This document shows, one piece after another, positions 52,011-64,000 of a stretch of DNA of 64,000 nucleotides. Under the pieces are notes generated by a model. The model saw only the letters and a list, made by a program, of their open reading frames with translations, was not told the DNA's origin and searched no databases. The stretch's first letter is position 1; each line of letters starts with the position of its first letter. The position numbers and the translations under genes were made by a program. The stretch is taken from contig OZ024743.1 of assembly GCA_964016885.1 (NCBI GenBank), positions 369,396,001 through 369,460,000 of the forward strand, written 5' to 3'. The stretch is from Eledone cirrhosa (taxonomy: Eukaryota).

Positions 52011-52253
52011 ATATTATGTTATTTCTTAAGAAAATTCCTTTTCAAGTTTTTCATTCTTTATTATTTTTCGTGTAAATATTTTACACTAATCAAGTGGCAA
52101 CAATGGAAGTAGTGTTAATGTTGGTAGTGAAAAGTGCTAATGATGTTAATAAACAAGCTAGGATATTCAGCAGAATATAACAGAAAGCCAGTATTTTTAT
52201 CTCTTTCTACTCTCAGATTGGCCATTTAGTTAAACCAAAGAAGTTTTGTTGAG

Positions 52254-52536
52254 CAGAGGTCCTCAACCAGTGGGCCGTGGACCAGTACTGGTCCGTGGAT
52301 CATTTGCTATCGGGCCACAAAGAAATAATTAACTTGTTTAAAATTATATAATAGATAAATTGAATATTGGACTTTAATTTAAAAGATTTGTTTAAATATT
52401 CAATATTCATCTACTTTAATAAATTGTTCTTTTTATTATTGCACTTAAATAACACATATGTGCAACTACCAGTCCATGGAAAGATTGTCTAGCATGAAAC
52501 TGGTCCGTGGTATAAAAAAGATTGGAGACCAATCTG
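52254..52536. mobile_element. hAT (Charlie/MER1-like) MITE
   Basis: Ends CAGAGGTCCTCAACC and ATTGGAGACCAATCTG, subterminal ggtccgtgg motifs, and an 8-bp TSD ttgttgag / ttgtagag. Confidence 0.78.
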
Positions 52537-53293
52537 TTGTAGAGTGCAGATAAAAATATCACTTCTAATCTAGTTTAATCTTTATCCTGGTTTGTGTCAT
52601 TTGCTAACACTTTTAATTTGAATGTAAGGTATATCTTTTTAACCATGTTTGTTTTAAATTGTTTATGTTTACCTAAAAACATTTCATCATATAACCTTTG
52701 CTCCTAACACCAGCTAAATAATTAGGTTATTTTATTAAATTCCTCCAAATTCTTGTTTATTTTCAAAATTATTTGATGATCATAGGCAATATCTTTCATA
52801 AGAAATATAGTATGAAAAGTAAACAAATCGGATACACCACATGTATCTGTCTGTGATGGTCATAAAAAGCAGGATCAATTTAACTAGTTTCTAGTCAAAT
52901 TAGGTCTCACCAGAAAAACAATACCTATTTTCTTATTGATCAGATACTTTTCTTTAAAAAAAACAGAAACAAAGTTCACACTATATGATGATCCTGTGCA
53001 AGCACAACTAAGCACCCAGTCCCTCCTGAAAGGTAGTTGTGATGGTGCCACAATAAAAAGCAACCAGTTCACATTGTAACGTTGGTATTAGGAAGGATAT
53101 CCAACTGTAGAAACTAATCTAAATATATCTTAAATGGTGATGATCATGATGATCCATAGAACCACAAGTAATTAAATTTGCAAGGAAGCCTGCCAAATGG
53201 ATTGTACATGCAACTCTTTTATAGAATGTACTCTATCTTGATTTTGTTAATCCCTCTCTCTCTCTCTGTATATGTGTGTCTATATATATATAC

Positions 53294-53909
53294 ATATAAT
53301 CAAGGTTTAGCAAATAGGAAAAAGTTTTAAAATAAATTTTAAAAAGTTCACTGTACCTGCTGTAATTACCCTTACCGTACGGTTTCAAGTCTCAAAATAA
53401 ATGGATAATCCATGTGGAAATCCATTGAGAAGAAAACTTTCATCAGAGGGTTCTTCTCGTTCGGAGAATATAAAATTTCGAGTTCAAATCACGAACTGGC
53501 GCCATACAGAACTGTTCCCGAGATGAGAGTGTATGATGAAGAAACAATCTTGTCTAGTGCCGTGTGTAAAGATAGAAAGCAGGGGCGGAAAGGTCAATGT
53601 ACTGCCACTAGAAATAGCAGCAGTTAAAACGACCAAGATGTTATCTCGACCAGGGCAGATCAATAATAATAAAGTATGTCTCCCTACATGCAAAATGCAT
53701 ATAGGGACACATGTATTATCCAATCGTATGCCAATGTGGTTCTATGGCAAGTTAATAAATTAACGAGCCAGAACATATATAATCAAGGTTTAGCGAATAA
53801 GAAAAAGTTTTAAAATAAATTTTAAAAAGTTCACTGTACCTGGTGTAATTACCCTTACTGTAAGGTTTCAAGTCTCAAAATAAATGGATAATCCATGCGG
53901 AAATCCATT
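53294..53909 (-). mobile_element. Retrozyme/pLTR-like element, 483-bp unit (about 1.3 copies)
   Basis: 53294-53426 repeats at 53777-53909. The second copy breaks inside hammerhead stem II at (TA)n. Confidence 0.75.
53368..53451 (-). ncRNA. Type I hammerhead ribozyme with extended stem II
   Basis: Minus strand reads accct-CTGATGA-aagt...(aatggat/atccatt)...actt-GAAA-CCGTACGG-TA^-agggt. Stem III ACCGTACGGT is a perfect palindrome. Confidence 0.88.
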
Positions 53910-54092
53910 ATATATATATGTATATATATATGTATATATATATATGTGTATATATATACACATATATATATATATACGTATATATACATATATATATGTA
54001 CATATGTATATATATATATATATTTGATATATATATTTGATATATATTTGATATATATATATATATATGTATCTATATATATATATATATAT

Positions 54093-54502
54093 ATGGTGGC
54101 TGCCAACTCGTTTTCGAGTACGGCCACTACTTTATATCCATGTAGGAGAACCCTTACCGATGCGCTGAACGAGTGTGACTTTTTAGTCCAGCCTGCGACA
54201 TGAAAACTCTGGTACAAACACTACATTTGTAACAATTATTGACACATAGTGCTGGGCCCATGGTACCATGTGACGACAAGTGCAGAGAGATCTCCAGATA
54301 TAAAGCAATGCCTGTGCCGTGAAGCTTTTTAGTGAGCAAAGGCACTGCACAAAGCCAGTCCCACTCTCTTAACCAAGATGATATTTACCAAAAAGAAGAA
54401 CAAGTCAACATCATTGGATACCATCAGGGTTGCAGGTGTTATATCAGAGTTTTCCTTCTCCTAGAATTCTGCCTTGACAAAGGCTAAGGGGTCATCTCTC
54501 CC

Positions 54503-54503
<1 letters not shown>
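54093..54503 (-). mobile_element. Internally deleted (bipartite) RTE family 3 element with a C-terminal C2H2 finger
   Basis: Minus strand carries the 5'UTR-like tctaggagaaggaaaactctgata, then [22 protein letters not shown], then the tail tggccgtactcgaaaacgagttggcagccaccat(AT)n. The tail matches the one at 59531-59566. Confidence 0.65.
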
Positions 54504-55518
<1,015 letters not shown>

Positions 55519-58340
55519 GGGGAACACACAAGCCAGGTAGATTATATCCTTACCAGAAGACGTGACAGAGTGTCTGTTGTAAACACTAAATCCCTCCCCC
55601 ATGAAGAATGCACCTCCCAACATAGACTGATAATTAGCGACCTCATAGTCAGGACGAGACGTACTCGACAGCAGAAGAGGACTATCCTCAGGAGAAAAAT
55701 ATGGAAGCTAAAGGACCCCACAGCCAGGAATAAATTTCAAAGCATATTACTTGATGCTTTCGACAGTAAGGAAGAACATTTAGAGTCGGACAATATAGAG
55801 GGAGAGTGGGAATTTCTGAAAGCAAACCTGCTGTTGGCGACAGACGAAGTCTGTGGCTGGAGCAGGCCTGTAGGCAGGAGGAGAGTAACATGGTGGTGGA
55901 ACAGTAAGGTGGAGGGGTCAATTAAGGCCAAAAAGCAGGCTTGGAAAGTATGGCGGGATGGGGGAAGTAGAGAAGACTATCAAGTGGCCAGGAGGGAAGC
56001 TAGGAGACAAGTGTACTTAGCAAGAAGGGAAGCTGAGGAAAGAAAGTTCAAGCATGTTCTACAACGCGACGACCAAAAACGTGAGGTGTTCAGGATTGCT
56101 AGGCAATGCGTCAAGGAAAACCGTGATATTGTCGGGGAGAAGTGTGTACTAAACGACGATGGCACACTTGCCATCACCGACGCTGATAAGAAGGTAGCTT
56201 GGAAGTGTCACTATGAAAGGCTACTAAATGAGGAGAATAAATGGGAGAAAGACAGTCTCCCCCATATCGACCCAATAGAGGGACCAGCAGTGTTAGTCGA
56301 GGGGAGTATAATAAGTAAGGCAATCAAGGATATGAAGACGGGTAAGGCGGCTGGGCCTTCGGAAATAGTTGCTGAGATGCTGAAGGCATCTGGCACGGTG
56401 GGACACACCATGGTCACCCGCATAGTTAACCAAGTCGTACAGAATGGGGTTGTTCCGAAGGACTGGCATAGCAGCATCATCGTTAACTGTTATAAGGGTA
56501 AAGGAGACGCCCTAGATAGGAGTAACTATAGAGGCATTAAATTAATCGACCAGGTCATGAAGGTCACGGAAAAAGTAATAGCGCAACTAATCAGAGAGAG
56601 AATTGAGCTAGATGAAATGCAGTTCGGGTTTGTGTCAGGCAAAAGTACCACAGACGCTCTTTTCATAGTACGACAACTACAGGAGAAGTACCTAGCTAAA
56701 GGTAAACCCCTCTACTTAGCTTTTGTCGACTTGGAGAAAGCCTTCGACAGAGTCCCCCGCTCCATTATCTGGTGGGCTCTTAGAAAACTAGGCGTTGACG
56801 AATGGCTTGTGAGGGCTATACAAGCCATGTATAAAGAAACAGTCAGCAAGGTTAGAATTAACAACGAATATAGTGAAGAGTTTAGCGTAAAAGTTGGCGT
56901 CCATCAGGGCTCTGTTCTCAGCCCACTACTATTTATTATTGCCCTTCAGGCTATAACAGAGGAGTTCAAGACAAGCTGCCCATGGGAACTCCTATACGCA
57001 GACGACCTGACACTCATAGCGGAATCAATGGCCGAGCTAGAGAAGAAATTCCAAACATGGAAGCACGGCCTAGAGTCAAAAGGACTTAAAATTAACCTGG
57101 CTAAGACCAAAGTACTAGTTTGTAGGAAAGAAAACAAGGCGGCGGTCCCTTCTGGGAAATGGTCGTGCTCGGTGTGTAGGAAAGGCGTAGGTAGAAACTC
57201 CATTTTATGTCCTAAATGCAAAGTATGGGTGCATAAAAGATGTAGTGGGATCACAGGTAAGCTAACTAAGAACATAGATTTTACATGTGGCCGGTGCTCT
57301 GGTGCAATAAGTAGCAGCAAGTGCCCACAAAATACTAGCTCTTTCAATTGCGCAGAGGGTTAATTAGAAATAGTGGACAGCTTCCGTTACCTGGGCGATA
57401 AAATCAGCAGTGGGGGAGGGTGCTCTGAAAGTACTGTAGCTAGAGTCAGAACTGGTTGGAAAAAGTTCAGAGAGCTTATACCACTATTAGCTGCTAAAGG
57501 GTTCTCCCTAAAAATGAAAGGCAGGTTGTACGATGCCTGCATACGAACAGCAATGCTGCATGGCAGTGAGACCTGGGCATTGTGTGCAGAGGATATACGC
57601 AGACTAGAGAGGAACGAAGCTTGCATGCTCCACTGGATGTGTAACAGTAATATACGTGAACGGCAAAGCATAAACGAACTAAGGAAAAAATTAGAGATAA
57701 GAGGGATCAGATGTTGTTTACTCGAGAGAAGGCTACGTTGGTATGGACACGTGATGCGCATGAAAGTCGATAGCTGTATAACAAAGTGCAGGGCAATAAA
57801 GATAGACGGTAGTCACGGAATAGGCAGACCTAGAAAAACCTGGGACGAGCTGATAAACTCCGACATCACACACTTACACCTCTCCAAGACAATGTCACTG
57901 GACCGAGACCTTTGGCGGTACTCAGTAACAGAGAAGACCCGCCTTACCTAAATATATAGTAAAACCTACTCCAGCCAGTAGGCATCTCTAACAAAATACA
58001 CCACGTCCCACGGCCCCCACCCCCACCCCATCCACACCACCCCGTTCTATGTAAAGTTATGTTGGTGCCGCGCCATCGAGGCCGAAACAAATGAGATCGT
58101 GTAGGTGTCACGACAAAAAAACACAGTCCACGCTGTAATGTGGCCGTGTAGGCAACACGGTAAAAACCTCCCAGACCCACACTGTAAATGTGGTTGGTGT
58201 TAGGAAGGGCATCCAACTGTAGAAAACCTGCCAGACAGTCCTATGCGAGCAAGACAATCACTCTTGCCTCAAGTGGGACTACCCCCGTCCAAACCCATGC
58301 AAGCGTGGAACACAAACGTTGATAATGATGATGATGATGA
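55519..58340 (+). mobile_element. Young 5'-truncated RTE LINE, family 1, with one in-frame stop
   Basis: Nearly identical to 36019-38827. TCT ATA has become TAA TTA at 57361-57366. Full 3' UTR and (ATG)n tail. Confidence 0.96.
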
Positions 58341-58355
58341 TATATATACATATGT

Positions 58356-58386
<31 letters not shown>

Positions 58387-58388
<2 letters not shown>

Positions 58389-59150
58389 GCAGATCCTGGG
58401 TACACAAGAGATGTAGCGGGATAGCAGGCAAACTAACAGGTAGGGAGAAATATGTATGCAGTAGATGTACAGGGAAATTAGACAGTAGAAGTCGCATCGA
58501 TAGACATATTTTTCAAATGCAGGAGGGCGCTATAGAAGTGGTGGATAGCTTCCGGTACTAGGAGATCAGATTAGCATGGGAGGAGAGTGTTCCGAGGCCA
58601 TAGTATCTAGAATAAGGACGGGTTGGAAGAAGTTTAGGGAGCTGCTTCCTCTGTTGACGAAGAAGGGTTTCTCCCTGCGTACGAAAGGCCGGTTGTATGA
58701 TGCCTGTGTGAGGAGCGCGATGATTCATGGTAGTGAGACATGGGCAGCAACTGCAGAGGATATGCGACGGCTGGAGAAAAATGAGGCAAGCGTGCTCCGT
58801 TGGATGTGCAGTATAAATGTGCGTGAACGACCCAGCATAAATGTGTTGAGAGAGAAACTGAGTCTGGGAGGGATAGAATGTAGTGTACGGGAGAGGAAAC
58901 TGAGGTGGTATGGACATGTGATGCGCATGGAGGATGACCGATGGGTGAAGGAAATGCCAGTTGAAGGAAGACGTGGTAGAGGTAGACCACGAAAAACATG
59001 GGCGGAGGTGGTGAGAACAGACCTCAGATCGTTGAAGCTCACGGTGGAGATAACGAAGGACCATGACAAGTGGAGAAATGCTGTGCTGAATAAGGCCCGT
59101 CCCACCCTTGCAAGCAGGGAAAAGCGGACGTAAAATGATGATGATGATGA
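58387..59150 (+). mobile_element. 5'-truncated RTE LINE, family 2
   Basis: Matches 15167-15930. The ORF ends [11 protein letters not shown] directly into (ATG)n(TA)n. Confidence 0.93.
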
Positions 59151-59292
59151 TATATATACATATATACATGTATACATATGTATATATATATGTATATATA
59201 TGTGTGTGTATATATATATATATGTATATATATGTATATATATATGTGTATATATATGTCTATATATGTGTATATATATGTGTATATATATA

Positions 59293-59341
<49 letters not shown>

Positions 59342-59368
59342 ATATATATATATATGTATATATATGTG

Positions 59369-59441
<73 letters not shown>

Positions 59442-59466
59442 ATATATATATATATATGTGTGTGTA

Positions 59467-59500
<34 letters not shown>

Positions 59501-59530
59501 CACACACATATATATACACATATATATATA

Positions 59531-61507
59531 CATGATGGCTGCCCCCTCGTTATCGAGTATGGCCATTGCACGAGAAGAAAAAAAAAAAAAAAAAAAATAA
59601 TAATAATAATAATGATAAATAAATAAAAAAAAAAAAAAGGGAAATATATATATATATATACATACATACATACATACATATATACATACACACATACATA
59701 CACATACACACACACATATACACACATACATTAATAACAATAATAATAATAATAGCAATAATAATAGCAATAATAATAATAACAACAACAACAACAATAA
59801 TAATATACATTCATATATATATACACACACGCACGCACATAAGCATATCTACACACACACACACACGATAGCAACTAACAGTGCTGCGATCGAATGTGGC
59901 TTTTTAGCCCAGCCAATGATCTAAAATGTCTTGCACAGAGTCGGCAACCAAAACATTCACTGGGAATAGTCGACTGTGGTTGGCCACATGTGAAATCTAT
60001 GTACTTAGTTAGCTTACTTGTGATCCCACTACATCTTTTATGCACCCATACTTTGCATTTCTGACACAAAATGGAGTTTCTACCTACGCCTTTCCTACAC
60101 ACTGAGCATGGCCACTTCCCGGAAGGGACCGCCGCCTTATTTTCTTTCCTACAAACTAGAACTTTGGTCTTAGCCAGGTTAATTTTAAGGCCTTTTGATT
60201 CTAGGCCGTGCTTCCATGTTTGGAATTTCTTCTCTAGCTCGGCCATTGATTCAGCTATGAGTGTTAGGTCGTCTGCGTATAGGAGTTCCCATGGGCAGCC
60301 GGTCCTGAACTCCTCTGTTATAGCCCGAAGGGCAATAATAAATAGTAGGGGGCTGAGAACAGAGCCCTGATGGACGCCAACTTTTACGCTAAACTCTTCA
60401 CTATATTCGTTGTTAATTCTAACCTTGCTGACTGTTTCTTTATACATGGCTTGTATAGCTCTCACAAGCCATTCATCGACACCTAGTTTTCTAAGAGCCC
60501 ACCAGATAATGGAACGGGGGACTCTGTCGAAGGCTTTCTCCAAGTCGACAAAAGCTAAGTATAGGGGTTTACTTTTAGCTAGGTACTTCTCCTGTAGTTG
60601 TCGTACAATGAAAAGAGCGTCTGTGGTACTTTTGCCTGACACAAACCCGAACTGCATTTCATCTAGGTCAATTCTCTCTCTGATTAGTTGCGCTATTACT
60701 TTTTCCGTGACCTTCATGACCTGGTCGATTAATTTAATGCCTCTATAGTTACTCCTATCTAGGGCATCTCCTTTACCCTTATAACAGTTAACGATGATGC
60801 TGCTACGCCAGTCCTTCGGAACAACCCCATTCTGTACGACTTGGTTAACTATCCGGGTGACCATGGTGTGTCCCACCGTGCCAGATGCCTTCAGCATCTC
60901 AGCAACTATTTCTGAAGGCCCAGCTGCCTTACCCGTCTTCATATCCTTGATTGCCTTACTTATTATACTACCCTCGACTAACAGTGCTGGTCCCTCTATA
61001 GGGTCGATGTGGGGGAGACTGTCTTTCTCCCATTTATTCTCCTCATTTAGTAGCCTTTCATAGTGACACTTCCAAGCTACCTTCTTATCAGCGTCGGTGA
61101 TGGGAAGTACGCCGTCATCATTAAGTACACACTTCTCCCCGACAATATCATGGTTTTCCTTGACACATTGCCTAGCAATCCTGAACACCTCACGTTTTTG
61201 GTCCTCGCGTTGTAGAACATGCTTGAACTTTCTTTCCTCTGCTTCCCTTCTTGCGAAGTACACTTGTCTCCTAGCTTCCCTCCTGGCCACTTGATAGTCT
61301 TCTCTACTTCCCCCATCCCGCCATACTTTCCAAGCCTGCTTTTTGGCCTTAATTGACCCCTCCACCTTACTGTTCCACCACCATGTTACTCTCCTCCTGC
61401 CTACAGGCCTGCTCCAGCCACAGACTTCGTCTGCCGCCATCAGCAGGTTTGCTTTCAGGAATTCCCACTGCTCCTCTATATTGTACGACTCTAATTGCTC
61501 TTCCTTA
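59531..61507 (-). mobile_element. Chimeric RTE: family 1 RT segment (59982-61507) joined in frame to a family 3 C2H2 finger and 3' end (59531-59981)
   Basis: ORF 59875-61536 follows family 1 to IDFTCG, then reads QPQSTIPSECFGCRLCARHFRSLAGLKSHIRSQHC*. A microsatellite-rich UTR follows, then tggccatactcgataacgagggggcagccatcat. Confidence 0.85.
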
Positions 61508-61561
61508 TATATATGTATACATATATATGTATACATATATATATATATATGTATAGATATA

Positions 61562-62429
61562 CAGGGTGCGGACGATGTTTCTTCGCAAGATTACTGTCTA
61601 TGAAAAAATAAGACTGTAGTTTTATTTTTTAAGTTATATTTATCAAACTCGGGTCAGTTTGTCTTCATAACTTGTTCTTTCGATCTCACTCGATAAACCC
61701 GCCATTGGCTTTGATGACGACCTCGGAACTGGCTACAGGCCTTCGTCACTGTCCCCTGACTTAGGCCCCTAAAGGCATTTGTGATCCTGGCCTTCAGATC
61801 GTCTTTCGTATTGCAGCTAGATCTGTTGGTGTCTCGTTACACTGCGGCCCACACAAAGAAGGCGAGGGGGTTGCAGTCAGGCGAGCTGGGAGGCCAGATG
61901 TCAGGTGAAGTGTGGTCGAAGAAGTTCTCTGACAGCCAGGCTTGGTTCTTTCAGCTGGTATGGCAGGGCGCTGAGTCTTGCTGCCACACGTACGGCCTAC
62001 CTGCAGCTACCTGGTCGATCCAGGGCTTTACTACCTCGCTCAGAACGCGGATGTAGCCATCGGTGTTCAGGGAAGAACTCGGGCGTTCTGAAGGCGTCAG
62101 ATCGTCGATCATGTGTTTCCCTATCTGATGTTGCTTCGTAGTCGAATCCTGAATCTTCCAATTCCTTTCTCATCTTTTCCACCATTCTCCTGCTGACACT
62201 GAGAAAGTCTGAAATTTCCTTATTTGTTCTCCCGGCGTGGGTTCCAAGATGAACTCTGTGTGTCTTCCACAAATTTGGAGGTTCAAAATTATTCATAATC
62301 AATTACTCTTAAAATAAATAATGGAAATATAGTTACTGTTTTTATGAAGACAAGAGTGACAACGGAAGTAAAAAAAATTTGCGTAAAATTAGCAGTTGAA
62401 AATTGCGAACAAATATCGTCCGCACCCTG
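61562..62429 (-). mobile_element. Internally deleted Tc1/mariner transposon, maT (DD37D) type
   Basis: TIRs CAGGGTGCGGACGAT with TA flanks. HTH-like N-terminus in ORF 61997-62302. QQDSAPCHTS*...WPPSSPDCNPL has 37 residues between the second Asp and the mutated third position (GCC). Confidence 0.88.
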
Positions 62430-62491
62430 TATATATATATATATATATATACACATATATATATATATATATACACGCACACACATATATA

Positions 62492-62770
62492 TGTCAGGTT
62501 GGTCTTCAGCTCTACTAGTAACATGTAACCCAGTAGAACCTGTGCATGGTCGGGTTGTCTGCAACTAAACCGGCAACCCCAACAAGCTTGCTTGGTGAGA
62601 AGGATGATTTTGGGAACATTGCAGGACGAAAAGCAAGGCCAGTCAAAGGGCGAAGGAACTCAGGAGAGTCAACGGCCATCCAATATAGTTTTTTTTCTTT
62701 GTGGAGCGAGAGACTCCTGGCCTTCATTAAGACATTTCTCTAGAAGAAGGTCATTGTGATATAAAGCCTG
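62492..62770 (+). mobile_element. Possible RTE 5'UTR-derived fragment
   Basis: ctctagaagaaggtcattgtgatataaagcc resembles tctaggagaaggaaaactctgatataacacc of the 54.4 kb element. Starts at (TA)n. Confidence 0.35.
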
Positions 62771-63136
62771 CAACTTCGTTTGCATTCAATGATGCAAACT
62801 AGTTCTACTTTTTGGGTAAATGCATTTGATGTTCATGCAAAGCCTTTCTTCACTTATAAAAGCTTCAAGCACAGGCATCATTGCTGACCATAGGAAAGTC
62901 CCTAGCAGGACTAAAAAGCCATGTCCGTGATATTCATGCTGATATTCATGATATAATGCCATCAAGTGATGGCATTACTCGATATATTTAAAAAGTAAAC
63001 AGAAATAACAAAACAAATGGCACAGTACATGGAAGAAATATATTAGTTTAACGCTTGAAATAGCAGGAAGAAAGTCTTAACATTTCAGACACTAGTCTTT
63101 AATCAGAAGATAGTTAGAAATTGAAAATATGTAATA

Positions 63137-63165
63137 CTAGCTGAGGTACCCAGCTTCGCCAAGGT
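63137..63165 (-). mobile_element. Helitron 3' terminus remnant; similar decayed end on + at about 22265-22293
   Basis: ACTAGctgaggtacccagcttcgccaagg has the same CTAG plus hairpin layout as 26673-26700. Confidence 0.5.
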
Positions 63166-63505
63166 TAACAAATGATAAGAGAAGACCTGCAGAAGAGAAA
63201 ACGTCTGTATTGAATGCATTGTCTTGTTTACAGTGTGTGTGTATTGTGTGTGTGTGTGTGAGTGTTCGCGTGTGTATATATATGTGTGTGTGAGTGTGTG
63301 TGTGTGTGTTGTGTAAACCACCGTTGGAATCAGAGACATAGGCTGCGAAACACGATCATCACTGACAACGAACTCGCAGTGAGAATCCCTTATGGTTGAT
63401 TCCCAACCTGCTAGAAATAGCAGTCAGGTTGGTTAGCATATGTGGTATGTCTTTCTTCTTCTTTGGTGTTATAAAATTAGTATCAATAAATATTTATATA
63501 TATAT

Positions 63506-63897
63506 ATCATCATCATCATCATCATTTTACGTCCACTTTTCCCTGCTTGCAAGGGTGGGACGGGAACTGATTCTGGCTTGATTTCTACAGCTGGATGCCC
63601 TTCCTAACACCAACCTCATTTACAGTGAGTGCTGGGTGCTTTTTTGCCGTGGCGCCTACATGTCCACTTTATAGTGTGGGCTGGGTGCTTTTTTGCAGTG
63701 ACACCTCCACGACCACTTTGCAGTGGAATGATAGGAACCCCAGTCCCTATCATCTCATTTCTACAGCTGAGTAAACTGGAGCAATGTGAAATAAAGTGTT
63801 TTGCTCAAGGAAACAACACATCACTCGGTCTGAGAATTGAATTCACAACCTTTCAATTGCAAGGCCAATGCTCTAACCACTAAGCCATGTGTCTCCA
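63506..63897 (-). mobile_element. SINE family B, long variant
   Basis: Reverse complement of the 22912 copy type, with TA repeats on both sides. Confidence 0.9.
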
Positions 63898-64000
63898 TAT
63901 ATATGTATATTTTTGTAAAATTGTAAGAATGTCAAATGTGGCAAAAGCTGTAAAATAGCCAGCTGCTATTATGTGTAGCAAAGAGGCAAGTTAAAATATA

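Overview
Eukaryotic, AT-rich, microsatellite-dense DNA. The SINE/RTE repertoire and (TA)n load look like an octopod (Octopus-type) genome, which is an inference from repeat families. The only convincing host coding sequence is one large + strand exon (about 18677-19880, ORF from 18814) of an unidentified gene. The rest is probably intronic or intergenic and packed with mobile DNA. It holds three RTE-clade LINE families, including one intact 1093-aa APE-RT ORF with a C4HC3 PHD-like finger inside the RT. It also holds a Naiad-like Penelope element, two tRNA-derived SINE families, Helitron, maT, hAT, piggyBac and Tc2-like non-autonomous elements, and a homogeneous 61-bp minisatellite. The main unannotated signal is a set of non-coding 330-480 bp tandem units, each carrying a type I hammerhead ribozyme with a palindromic stem III (retrozyme-like). 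Three of these share an upstream ATGCAAAT octamer and covarying downstream hairpins, and they cluster around the Penelope element, which carries its own hammerhead. All calls were made by eye with no database search, so boundaries may be off by a few bases.
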